Assembly (NCBI GenBank): GCA_963663765.2
Contig: CAXXUA010000005.1
Span: 1,568,001 to 1,632,000, forward strand
Source of the DNA: Candidatus Poribacteria bacterium
GTDB taxonomy: Bacteria; Poribacteria; WGA-4E; WGA-3G
Direction: 5' to 3'
Length of the DNA stretch: 64,000 nucleotides
Positions 52,087 to 61,789 of the stretch are shown piece by piece. The notes beneath the pieces were generated by a model. That model did not search any database. It was not told where the DNA came from and worked only from the letters and a program-made list of their open reading frames with translations. Made by a program: the position numbers and the translations under genes. Numbering within the stretch: position 1 is the stretch's first letter; each line of letters begins with the position of its first letter.

Positions 52087-54030
52087 CTACGGCCAAAAGT
52101 TATACATCGGTTGTTGCGTCACAACACTGATGAGACTCCATATCCCACCCATAGTGAAATCCCCTAACATTAAACCAACAGCGAACTTCACCAGTTGCTG
52201 AGATGCGCGTGGTCCACCGATCTTTAAAACTGACCATTTCACAACCGAACTGACCAACATACAACTCCACAAATACCGCATCCCCCAATCACTGGAGACA
52301 ATAAATCCAATCGGATGGAAGGGCCACCAGAAGAAACGTGCCCGCATAAACATCAGAAGTGTTGAAAAAAGTAACCCGAATACAATACCACCAGTCGCAT
52401 AGAAATTCGGTTCGGTAGGATAGTAGAGCCATCGTTGAAGTCCGCTGAATACACGTTCTCCGAAACCTATGTTCCAACTGCTGCTGCCACTCATGTTCAA
52501 GGCACCGTAGTTGTAGTTGAGATACAGAATCACACCGAAGACCATAATAGACGCAAATGCTGAAATACCAAGCAGCGCGAAGAATAACCGCCTGGGTGCA
52601 ATAGCAGAACGTTCTGATAACTTGAAACCTTCTAACTGATGTGGCATCGGATTGCTTGTATAACTCCGATTGAACCAACGGAAAAGTGATAATGCAACAA
52701 GGTTATTTGTGCCTAACGTTCGAGTGCCAAGACTGTCAATGAGGATGTGATGATTCGGCATGTTTTCCATTGCATGCACAGGAAACCCTTGCTCCGCCCG
52801 CATCCGCGTTAACACTAACACGATGATGAAATAGATAGCAAAGAACAAAGGTATTAACCATAACGACATACCGATACGTTGAGAAAAAATGAAGAGTATT
52901 GCAAGTCCACCAACGATACCCCACAACGCATATCTATACGGAATTGGTTCGTCAGCATCTTCACCAGTGCGGTTGCGCGCAATGCGAAATACACCTCGAA
53001 AATGACGCAGATTCAACACCAGCACTGATATGAAAATACCTATGGCAGCACCAAAACACTGTCTATCAATGTATGGAAAACCGGGTAAACTGGAAAGTCC
53101 TACTGCACTTGTCATCACCAATTGTGCTTTATAGAAAAGAAAGAAAAACCAACTGGAGAAGGAAAGATCAAGCGGCATTAACAGTCCCAGCCCAATAACG
53201 AATGGGTAGTAGGACATACTGATGCCACCGATGGCATTCCAAGGTTTATCTGTAAACAGATGTCCAAAGCCTTGCCATCCTCCAATACGTTTTATCGGCA
53301 GCGAAGGAATTGTTGGATACAGGAAACTAAATCCATTCAGGATTGCGATGAAGGCTGCAATCCCAAAGCCGATCCATGTGATGCGGTGCGAGAACAACGA
53401 TTTTGTGTTGTGTGTGACCTGAAACGCAATTTGAGTAATTGGATATGCAAGTCGTTCCCGTTCTACCCACTGTTTCCGCAAGATAACGTTAATACATAGC
53501 ATTACAAGGATAAGTGCTGTGACGAACAACGTCCATGACAGTATCGGCACAATCCATGCACCGATTATTTCCATTGTTGTGAGATTGGTTTCGCCGGTGT
53601 AGTATCCAGCAAGTGCTTTTGGGTCATCCACAAGCAACCATTTCGGTAGGTAATCCCAAAAGAGTTGCCTCCATTCGTTCTCAGGGGTAGCGAACCAAAA
53701 TGAATGTCCGACAGTCGTGACGAGGATCGTCATCAAAGTGATGGAGGGAAAAGCACAAGCCGTGCTCAGCAGAATATAGATTGTGAGGAGTTCCGCATCG
53801 GAGAGTAGACTAATGCGACTGATTTTTCTGAAGGCAAGGTTAATCAGCGTGAAAGCAAAAACAACGAAGACGACATTGTAAAACGGGACAGCGTAAGTAT
53901 TAAGTGCATAACCAACAAGTCCAACTTCACCAGCGATAATCCAATAGAAATTGAACGGAATCAGCGCAAACGTTATAGCAATAACTTTCCATGTGACTCC
54001 ATGTAATTTCAGACGTTCATCTTCTTTCAT
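52087..54030 (-). CDS. Polytopic membrane protein (DUF6785/DUF6784-like putative transporter)
   Basis: Many TM helices; LRKQW..ERLAYP and WWPFHPIG motifs; family name recalled, not searched. Confidence 0.65.
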   Translation of the reverse strand: MKEDERLKLHGVTWKVIAITFALIPFNFYWIIAGEVGLVGYALNTYAVPFYNVVFVVFAFTLINLAFRKISRISLLSDAELLTIYILLSTACAFPSITLMTILVTTVGHSFWFATPENEWRQLFWDYLPKWLLVDDPKALAGYYTGETNLTTMEIIGAWIVPILSWTLFVTALILVMLCINVILRKQWVERERLAYPITQIAFQVTHNTKSLFSHRITWIGFGIAAFIAILNGFSFLYPTIPSLPIKRIGGWQGFGHLFTDKPWNAIGGISMSYYPFVIGLGLLMPLDLSFSSWFFFLFYKAQLVMTSAVGLSSLPGFPYIDRQCFGAAIGIFISVLVLNLRHFRGVFRIARNRTGEDADEPIPYRYALWGIVGGLAILFIFSQRIGMSLWLIPLFFAIYFIIVLVLTRMRAEQGFPVHAMENMPNHHILIDSLGTRTLGTNNLVALSLFRWFNRSYTSNPMPHQLEGFKLSERSAIAPRRLFFALLGISAFASIMVFGVILYLNYNYGALNMSGSSSWNIGFGERVFSGLQRWLYYPTEPNFYATGGIVFGLLFSTLLMFMRARFFWWPFHPIGFIVSSDWGMRYLWSCMLVSSVVKWSVLKIGGPRASQQLVKFAVGLMLGDFTMGGIWSLISVVTQQPMYNFWP

Positions 54031-54036
54031 CTGCCT

Positions 54037-54972
54037 TTAGGTATCGCTCAAAAATATAGTGAAAGCGTCAAGTTCTTTGGAAACATCTTCAAAAAGTTGG
54101 CATATTTCTTTTGCGTGCTGCTCTACTTTTTCGTAAATCAGTTCATCGCCATAGATATTGATTACTTTATACCGAAACCTTAATAAATCTGTCAGTCTAA
54201 GAAAAACGTCATTAGATATTATAGGTGGCCTTCCTGTCCGAGATTCAGCCATTTGTGTGAGTAAATCACTATGCCATCTATCTCCGCTTGGAATTTGTTT
54301 ATCTACCTCATTAGCAATTCGTTCAAATATCTTTTCAAAGCCAATGTAAATTTCAGCTAGGTCGTAGGCAATAGTCTTTTCAATATATTTTCTATGATTA
54401 TCAGCGACGATATTTATATCGTGTAATGCACTCGTAATACCTCGGACTGTTCTTTCAATTTTTGTGCGTTCATCAAAAAGACGTTGAACAAGTTTTTCCC
54501 GATTCACTACGTAATTTTCTCCTATTTCTGTGCTTGTTGAAGTGCTTTTTTTCCCAATTATATTATGAATTTCTGTTTCATTCAAATCAATTGGGATCGC
54601 TTCGTCTAAAATCCGCTGACGAAATAACCTGTTTATTGATTCAGAATCAATAATGTCAATCTTAAATTCAGTTGATAGATCTTCAGTTCCCCAAAGTGCA
54701 TCAAGGCATTTATCATAAGTGGTTCCCCAGACTACTATATCAATATCAGAGTTTTCGGTGAAACATTCTGGTGTAGTAAGAGAACCGAAAACACCAACTT
54801 TCGTTGCGCCATAGTCTTGATATAGGACAGCAGCCAAGTGATGTGCAACTTTCCATGCACGTTGTATCAATTTTCCATCTACTTGATGGCTTTCCCACTG
54901 ACGTCTAAGGTTTTCTCTGCACTTTGCAAGTTCAGCTGGAGTCATACCATGTATTGTAGTTGTTTTTTCCAT
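54037..54972 (-). CDS. Fused MNT + HEPN protein
   Basis: FGSLTTPECFTENSDID; EKIFERIA..WHSDLL..FRYKVINIY. Confidence 0.82.
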   Translation of the reverse strand: MEKTTTIHGMTPAELAKCRENLRRQWESHQVDGKLIQRAWKVAHHLAAVLYQDYGATKVGVFGSLTTPECFTENSDIDIVVWGTTYDKCLDALWGTEDLSTEFKIDIIDSESINRLFRQRILDEAIPIDLNETEIHNIIGKKSTSTSTEIGENYVVNREKLVQRLFDERTKIERTVRGITSALHDINIVADNHRKYIEKTIAYDLAEIYIGFEKIFERIANEVDKQIPSGDRWHSDLLTQMAESRTGRPPIISNDVFLRLTDLLRFRYKVINIYGDELIYEKVEQHAKEICQLFEDVSKELDAFTIFLSDT

Positions 54973-55029
54973 TTTGAAACCCCATAGTATCTGATCTAAT
55001 CCCCTAAGGTTTACTCTAATTTTATTGCA

Positions 55030-56013
55030 CTAAGGTTGAATTCCTCCAGCATAGACATCATTCAAAGCATCTTCGGGAAGCGGTTCAGGACTATTCTTTG
55101 CAAAATCCAACGCTTCATCAAGTTCGTTTGCGAGATCCGTTTCAACTGCGTCAAGTTCTTCCTGCGTTACATCTTCCTCACCAATGAGCACTTGTACAAG
55201 CCTTCGTATAGGGTCACGTTGTCGTTCCTGTTCTTGCACCTCTTCTCTGTCGCGGTATGATGTGCCAGGATCTCCAATGTGGTGTCCGCGGAACCTGTAC
55301 GTATCACAATTTAGAAGCGTAGGTCCACCCCCTTCACGTGCGCGGGAGACTGCTTCGTCTGCAGCAGCATAGACCTTCAAGACATCGTTTCCATCAACAG
55401 TGACACCCGGTATATCATAAGAAGGAGCACGGACAGCAATATCCTCTACTCGCTGATGTTCATGTTGCGGCGTTCCCATACCGAATCGGTTGTTTTCGCA
55501 CACAAAAACGACAGGTAATTCCCACACAGCAGCAAGGTTTAGTGTTTCATGGAAAACACCTTGATTTGTCGCACCATCCCCAAAAAAGGAGACCGATATC
55601 TGCTGAGTACCTCGGTACTTCGCTGAGAGTGCAGCCCCAGCTGCAAGTGGTATCCCCGCACCAACAACACCGTTAGCACCGAGAATGCCTGTCTCTTTAT
55701 CAGCAATATGCATTGAACCACCTTTACCTTTGCAGTACCCTGTGGTCCTGGCAAACAGTTCTGCCATCATGCGGTCCCTTTTTCCACCTTTTGCAATAAG
55801 ATGTCCGTGACCACGATGTGTGCTTGTAATGTAATCATCATCCTCCAAGTGCGTGCAAACACCCACAGCTGTCGCTTCTTCTCCAATATATAGATGTAAG
55901 AATCCGGGAAGTTGACCGCTTTGGTATAACTTTCCTGCAGCTTCTTCAAATTGACGTATCTCTACCATCTTGCGATACATAAAGAGCATCTGTTCTTTGT
56001 TAGGTTTTGACAT
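55030..56013 (-). CDS. Pyruvate/acetoin dehydrogenase E1 alpha subunit
   Basis: STHRGHGH, GGSMH, GDGATNQG..ENN, TYRFRGH. Confidence 0.92.
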   Translation of the reverse strand: MSKPNKEQMLFMYRKMVEIRQFEEAAGKLYQSGQLPGFLHLYIGEEATAVGVCTHLEDDDYITSTHRGHGHLIAKGGKRDRMMAELFARTTGYCKGKGGSMHIADKETGILGANGVVGAGIPLAAGAALSAKYRGTQQISVSFFGDGATNQGVFHETLNLAAVWELPVVFVCENNRFGMGTPQHEHQRVEDIAVRAPSYDIPGVTVDGNDVLKVYAAADEAVSRAREGGGPTLLNCDTYRFRGHHIGDPGTSYRDREEVQEQERQRDPIRRLVQVLIGEEDVTQEELDAVETDLANELDEALDFAKNSPEPLPEDALNDVYAGGIQP

Positions 56014-56057
56014 TATACTTTCCTAAAATCCTTATGTAGATTGAAGTCTTTTCAGGC

Positions 56058-56798
56058 TTATTCACTATCAAACAATCCTTTTATATACTGTACTTCATTT
56101 TCTTTTTTAGCATCTGACTCAGGTACGATACATTCTGGTGAGTCGTTTGCAGGACGGTTAACAAAACGTGAAACCGGGTATACATCCATTTCATCACTGG
56201 TGTATGGTGTCAGAAGTGGCTGCAGTTTTTCTGATGACTGTTCATCAGGATCAAGCCACTGAGTATGGACATCTTTGGGAAGAATCACTGGCATTCTGTG
56301 GTGAATCTCCTCCAAAAAATGGTTTGCAGGACACGTGATTATAGTGCAGGATCGAAGTGGGTTTTCCATCCAGTTTGCTTTCCATTCCTCCCACAACCCC
56401 GCGAAAGCAAACGGTTCTTGCGATTTGAGGTGGATATATATAGGTTGTTTTGTCTTTTCTTCCGGTATCACTTGCCATTCATACCATCCATCCGCTAAAA
56501 CGAGACAACGTCTTCGTTTGTATGCCGATCGAAAGGAAGGTTTCTCCGACAATGTTTCTGAACGAGCATTTATCATTCTGTTCCCGATTTTCGCGTCTTT
56601 TGCCCATGATGGAATGAGTCCCCACTGGAATAAATCCATGTTTTTGGTATCCTCATTTTCTTTTGTATTTGCAATTACTGCAACATCCTGTGACGGGGCA
56701 ATATTATAACGCGGGGTCAAATCCATACGTATTTGTAAGTTACTAAATGCATCAGTTAGTCTTTCTGGATCGCTTGCGAGTGTAAATCTTCCACACAT
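56058..56798 (-). CDS. SRAP (SOS response-associated peptidase, YedK/HMCES-like)
   Basis: MCGRF N-terminus, INARSE, GWYEW, HHRMP. Confidence 0.95.
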   Translation of the reverse strand: MCGRFTLASDPERLTDAFSNLQIRMDLTPRYNIAPSQDVAVIANTKENEDTKNMDLFQWGLIPSWAKDAKIGNRMINARSETLSEKPSFRSAYKRRRCLVLADGWYEWQVIPEEKTKQPIYIHLKSQEPFAFAGLWEEWKANWMENPLRSCTIITCPANHFLEEIHHRMPVILPKDVHTQWLDPDEQSSEKLQPLLTPYTSDEMDVYPVSRFVNRPANDSPECIVPESDAKKENEVQYIKGLFDSE

Positions 56799-56910
56799 AT
56801 TTATCTCCTTTCTATGACAAAAAGATTGGAAGTACTACCGTATTTTTATCAAGGAATCAAATCGTTCGGAGACCTATCTCTACTTATGAAAATGTTATCT
56901 TCATAGTACA

Positions 56911-57032
56911 CAGGACTTACGCAGTTTTCTTGATTTAATCCTGAAATATGATGAAAATGATGCAATTATCAGCGTTTTTATGGGTTTCCAGCGCGCTAAC
57001 AAAGCGCGCCTACCGTTTTTGCGTAAGTCTTG
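56911..57032. mobile_element. CAGGACTTACGCA MITE with a single REP
   Basis: CAGGACTTACGCA ... TGCGTAAGTCTTG. Confidence 0.7.
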
Positions 57033-57058
57033 TTACATTTGTAATCAACCTATTAAAC

Positions 57059-57889
57059 CTATTTCGGCTGTGGTACCAGAATGTCGTCTCTCCATCTTAG
57101 ACGGAAAGATGGACGGACAAGTGCTTCTGGAGACTGAAGTGTCAACCCCCCATCTGCTGTTAAGACGATACCTGTAACAAAATCAGCTTCATCAGATGCT
57201 AAGAATAGCGCAACGTTAGCGATGTCTTCGGGTTTTCCATAACGTCCTATTGGGTAACAATCACGCGAGGCTTGATCCTCTAACGCATCTGCTGCAAGTG
57301 ATGCTTCCCCTCGTTCACCGACAATCTGTCCAGGAGCAATTGCATTCGCACGGATCCCTTCTCTACCGTAATCAAGTGCTATGCTACGCGTTAACGCATT
57401 TAACCCACCTTTTCCAGCACCGTATAATCCAAATCCAGGGTTTGTGATCGTTGCATTGACAGTAGAAATAAAAACTAAAGTACCACCACCATTCTTTACC
57501 ATTTCTGGGATACAATACTTAGCACCCAGCCAAGGACCGCCCAGTGTTACACCCAGACTCTCATTCCACTCCTCGGGTGTGAATTCAATTGCTTTCTTCG
57601 TATAGGAATGCGCGGCGTTATGTACCAGTGTCGTTATCTTACCATATTCCGATAATGCAGTTTCAACGAGTGTTCGCCAAGTCTTTTCTTCAGCGACATC
57701 ACCCATCACCGCGACCGCTTTACCACCAACTTCTTTTATACGGTCAACGGTTTCGGCAAGTTTGTTTTCACGGCGGCGCGTATTGACTACTACTTTTGCA
57801 CCTTCACATGCAAACTTGTACGCTGTCGACGCACCTATCCCACCCCATGCTGCACCCGCGATAATCGCAACTTTACCTTCTAATCTCAT
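57059..57889 (-). CDS. Short-chain dehydrogenase/reductase
   Basis: GAAWGGIG, HNAA, YGAGK, IRANAIAPG. Confidence 0.92.
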   Translation of the reverse strand: MRLEGKVAIIAGAAWGGIGASTAYKFACEGAKVVVNTRRRENKLAETVDRIKEVGGKAVAVMGDVAEEKTWRTLVETALSEYGKITTLVHNAAHSYTKKAIEFTPEEWNESLGVTLGGPWLGAKYCIPEMVKNGGGTLVFISTVNATITNPGFGLYGAGKGGLNALTRSIALDYGREGIRANAIAPGQIVGERGEASLAADALEDQASRDCYPIGRYGKPEDIANVALFLASDEADFVTGIVLTADGGLTLQSPEALVRPSFRLRWRDDILVPQPK

Positions 57890-57999
57890 ATTATATCCTT
57901 TCTACCACTTATTTTTCGCATCTTAACTAACGCAAACGTTGTTTCAAAGATAATATATTATGGTTCATTTTGCATACTAATAAACACTAAGCCCGAGTA

Positions 58000-59274
58000 T
58001 TATACCTTTTTCAATTCAGATAAAGCAATAAGTTGAAAAGCTTTAGTAAAGTCTTCAATAGAATCCAAATCTCTCCCAAGTTCATTGTAAGCCAACGAGC
58101 GACCTATATAGGCATGTGAGCAATCTTCTTTCATCCGAATTGCTGTGTTGAAATCCGTTATGGCATCTTCATATAACTCAAGATTACATTTCAGCATACC
58201 CCTATTGAAATATGCATCAACAAAATCAGGTTTCAAGTCAATTGCTTCGTTAAAGTCATCAAAAGCATCGTCCCATAACTCAAGATTTACCTTAGTTAAA
58301 CCACGCTGATTGTATGCTTCCGCATTATTTGGCTGCTGCCGAATTACCTTATCTAAATCTGTGATGGCATCTTCAAAATTAGATAAATGCATATTTGCAA
58401 TGCCTCGTTCGTAGTAGGCATCTATGTTCTCAGGGTTCTTCTGGATTTCTTTATCAAATTTCTTTAATGCCCTCTTATATTTTTCAATTTCCTTTTCGTC
58501 ATCAGCAAAAATATTTTCGTCATCACCAAACATATTATTGATATTATCTGGCATAAATGGAATGACGATATTTTGATCATCTTCCGAATTGCTATCAGGA
58601 TCCGAATACATTATCAGTCCCGGAAAGTCAGAAAAATCGTCATCATCTTCATCCAAGTATTTAGAATCGGGATTTAGGTTATAGAGATTATCATACGCAG
58701 CTAAATTATCTGGATCTAAACTTAATGCCTTTTCATAGTCAGCGATTGCATCATCAATTTCATCATTTTCCTCATTTAGACATCCTCTATAGAAATATCC
58801 ATCCGCATTTTCAGGTCGCAGCCGTAATGCTTCGTTATATGCTTCAAGTGCCTCTTCAAAAAGACCTAAATCGTTTTTAATTATCCCACGGATGATGTAT
58901 GCCTCATCATAATCTGACTTAATACTGAGTGCAGTATCACAGTCTGCAAGTCCCTCTTCCTCCTCACCTATCATACCGCGAACTTCTCCACGCTTCGCAT
59001 AAGCCTGATAGTATTTTGGATTATGTTTGATTGCGTCATTAATATCTGCAATAGCATCTTCGTATTCAACTAATTCAAACTTTGATATCCCACGATGATA
59101 GTATGCTTCCGCAAAGTTAGGTTTGAGTTTAATTGCTTTATTAAAATCCGTTATTGCCTTTGCATGTTCATACTGTCCCACTTTTGTAAGTGCTTGTTTG
59201 TAGTAATATTGTGGACTTCTGGTTTTTTTGGGGTTCGCACGGCTCTTTCGCTTGTTAGTAATTTTCTTAGCCAT
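58000..59274 (-). CDS. TPR-repeat protein with acidic linker
   Basis: Repeated AY..RG..AI.DF..AI.L.P. Confidence 0.9.
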   Translation of the reverse strand: MAKKITNKRKSRANPKKTRSPQYYYKQALTKVGQYEHAKAITDFNKAIKLKPNFAEAYYHRGISKFELVEYEDAIADINDAIKHNPKYYQAYAKRGEVRGMIGEEEEGLADCDTALSIKSDYDEAYIIRGIIKNDLGLFEEALEAYNEALRLRPENADGYFYRGCLNEENDEIDDAIADYEKALSLDPDNLAAYDNLYNLNPDSKYLDEDDDDFSDFPGLIMYSDPDSNSEDDQNIVIPFMPDNINNMFGDDENIFADDEKEIEKYKRALKKFDKEIQKNPENIDAYYERGIANMHLSNFEDAITDLDKVIRQQPNNAEAYNQRGLTKVNLELWDDAFDDFNEAIDLKPDFVDAYFNRGMLKCNLELYEDAITDFNTAIRMKEDCSHAYIGRSLAYNELGRDLDSIEDFTKAFQLIALSELKKV

Positions 59275-59343
59275 AAAAACTTGCTCCTTACTTACATTTT
59301 ACAAGTCTTAAAACTGAAATAACCAAAACTATAATAACTATCA

Positions 59344-59931
59344 CAAGGTTATTCAGTTTTCAATATATTTGATAATATTTTGCTATGTCGTTAATTTTAT
59401 GTGATACCATCTTGTCCATGTCTTTAGTGGTTCTTTCGGCAATTAATTTTAGCATAAAATAAAATTCCAATGCTGAAGAACCCAGTAGTCATCTGTTTAA
59501 GTAGTAGATCGTCAATGGAAACATATAATAAATACTTAGCAAGAAAACATATAGTCCCGTAGGGACGATATGTTTATAGAAAATGTTTTCCGCTCCAATT
59601 GAGTTCCGTAGGAACGACATAGAAAAAGAAACATCTCGTCCCTAATGAAGATTAAAAATAAATGAGGTAATTCTATCCAACCGAACCTTGTAGGCGGGGA
59701 ATGCCTAAATCGCATTCATACCCGGGGAATGCCATTTAGGCATTCCCCACCTACCGTGTGAGAAATATTTATTACCGAATTAATAAATTAATCTTCATAC
59801 GGGACTAAAGATCGATGTTCATGTTTCAATAATCTAAAATTGATGCATAAAGTTCGGTTAGGAAAATGAACCTGTGTATTAACTTTCAATACATCTCAAT
59901 ATCAGAAAATTCTTAAAACTGAATCACCCTG
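59344..59931. mobile_element. CAGGG-family MITE containing GTCCCGTAGGGAC cassettes and a nested ATGAAGATTA MITE (59645-59798)
   Basis: Near-TSD TAACTATCA / TAACTATAA; the inner element splits the hairpin GTCCCTACGGGAC. Confidence 0.75.
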
Positions 59932-60022
59932 TAACTATAATAACATATTTTTCAATTTTATGCTATAATGTTAATACTGACAAGATGTAATAAGATATTG
60001 CTATTCGCCAATAAACCCAGAT

Positions 60023-61729
60023 ATGAATTTTGATAAAAACCAAGAAAAAGCGGTCAACCACCTCAACGGACCAGCAATCGTTGTTGCGGGACCCGGTAGT
60101 GGAAAAACCGCTGTCGTAACAGAACGCATTCTTTCCTTAATCAAAAAGCACAAAGTCCCCCCTGAAAATATACTTGCCATTGCATTCAATAGAAAAGCAG
60201 TTGAAGAAATGGAAAACCGCATTTTGGGTCAACTATCATCACAAGGCAAACTTCCAGTTATTCGCACACTACATGCATTTGGTAAAGATATAATAACTGA
60301 AAACTATAAATCTTTCGGATTCCAACACAATCCAGCAATCTGGTCAGGTGAATTGGATCGAATAATTCTCCAAGAAAAAAAGCAGATTGAACAAGCAGCT
60401 TCAAGCACAGATGTTGCTATCTATAAAATTGAAAACATACAGACAGGAAAATGTTACATCGGACAAACTACAAATCCTGAACGACGCAAGAACGAACATT
60501 TCACACACTCATCAAATGACCGTCTCCGACAGAACATCCGCTCTGAAGGAGAAACACAATTTTCTTTTGAAGTATTGGAACAGGTGAGTGGGAAAGATAC
60601 AAACATTCGAGAAGCACACTGGATTTGGCATTACAAAAACAGATCAGGTGTCTTTAACCGTGCCGACCCGATGCGTCAACAATTTAGCAACCAACTCATA
60701 ATTGAAGTCTTCTGTAAGCATTTTGACATTCAATACACTGAGCATCTTGATAGAGACCCAGATTTTGAAAACCTACGAGACCGTTTTAATGAAATAAAAG
60801 ATAATGTGTTTCGTGCAAAGAGACAGGTAAAATCTGGCATTTTCGATCCAAGGACATTAGCAAATCCAGTTGCTCGCGAATTCGCAAAAAGATATGAAAC
60901 CCTTAAATCAGCTGCCAATGCACTTGATTTTGAGGATATGATTATCTATGCAGCACACTTATTGGAAACCCAACCTGATGTCCGCAAAAAATATCAGAAG
61001 CAATATCCATATCTACTCGTAGATGAATTTCAGGATATTGCCCCCGTTGATTTCAGGTTGATCCACCAGTTAACTGACAATCTTTTTGCAGTAGGTGACG
61101 ATGACCAAGCGATATATAGTTTTCGCGGAGGAAATTCCCAAATAATGATACAGTTTTCTCATAGAGAAGATGTGAAAAAATATGAGATTTCACGAAACTA
61201 CCGTTCTACTTCAACAATTGTAGAACATGCAAGAGGCTTAATTGAACGGAATAATCCCCGAATACGCAAAAACCTGCGCGCCTATAATCCGTTGAGATGT
61301 ACAATCATCCATGTTGAAACGTCTCCAGAGACTATTGAACAAGAACTATTAGTACATTTGTCCGAACCTGTTGAAACCGCGATCCTTGCCAGAACAAACT
61401 ATGAAGTTGATCGTATTGCGGAGATACTGTCAAGTCAAACTTTCTCATACCACATTGAGATAACCACAATACACAAAGCGAAGGGTCGAGAATGGGATAA
61501 AGTCATACTTGTTCACAATACACTTGAGCGAAGGTTTCCCCGCAAAGACACTATACTTGTAGAAGAAAGACGCGTCTTTTATGTCGCCATGACGCGGGCA
61601 AAAAAACAGTTAATTGTCCTTGGTGGTGTATGTCAATTCGTCCCAGAATTTGTAAAGATACCAAAGAATATAGGCTACTATTTTCGCCAGTTTGTTTATT
61701 GGTGTGCTAGAAGAAAAATGAAAACATAG
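60023..61729 (+). CDS. UvrD/Rep-like SF1A helicase with an inserted GIY-YIG nuclease domain
   Basis: AGPGSGKT, TLHAF, DEFQD, VGDDDQAIYSFRG, NYRS, TIHKAKGREW, YVAMTRAK; AIYKI..YIGQT at aa 132-149. Confidence 0.88.
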   Translation: MNFDKNQEKAVNHLNGPAIVVAGPGSGKTAVVTERILSLIKKHKVPPENILAIAFNRKAVEEMENRILGQLSSQGKLPVIRTLHAFGKDIITENYKSFGFQHNPAIWSGELDRIILQEKKQIEQAASSTDVAIYKIENIQTGKCYIGQTTNPERRKNEHFTHSSNDRLRQNIRSEGETQFSFEVLEQVSGKDTNIREAHWIWHYKNRSGVFNRADPMRQQFSNQLIIEVFCKHFDIQYTEHLDRDPDFENLRDRFNEIKDNVFRAKRQVKSGIFDPRTLANPVAREFAKRYETLKSAANALDFEDMIIYAAHLLETQPDVRKKYQKQYPYLLVDEFQDIAPVDFRLIHQLTDNLFAVGDDDQAIYSFRGGNSQIMIQFSHREDVKKYEISRNYRSTSTIVEHARGLIERNNPRIRKNLRAYNPLRCTIIHVETSPETIEQELLVHLSEPVETAILARTNYEVDRIAEILSSQTFSYHIEITTIHKAKGREWDKVILVHNTLERRFPRKDTILVEERRVFYVAMTRAKKQLIVLGGVCQFVPEFVKIPKNIGYYFRQFVYWCARRKMKT

Positions 61730-61789
61730 ATTACAAAATAAAGTTCATATTATAATAACAAGACACCATATCTGATATAATATTTCGCA

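Noticed and set aside
51812-52130. Short ORFs between the membrane protein and MNT-HEPN genes
   Set aside because: No recognisable motifs, overlapping on both strands; cannot be supported as genes
49851-54972. Integron cassette array
   Set aside because: No integrase and no attC-like sites; genes overlap or abut their neighbours
60413-60661. Intein or group I intron in the helicase
   Set aside because: No C/S...HN-C/S/T splice motifs or Hint blocks; the frame is continuous and the insert is only the nuclease domain
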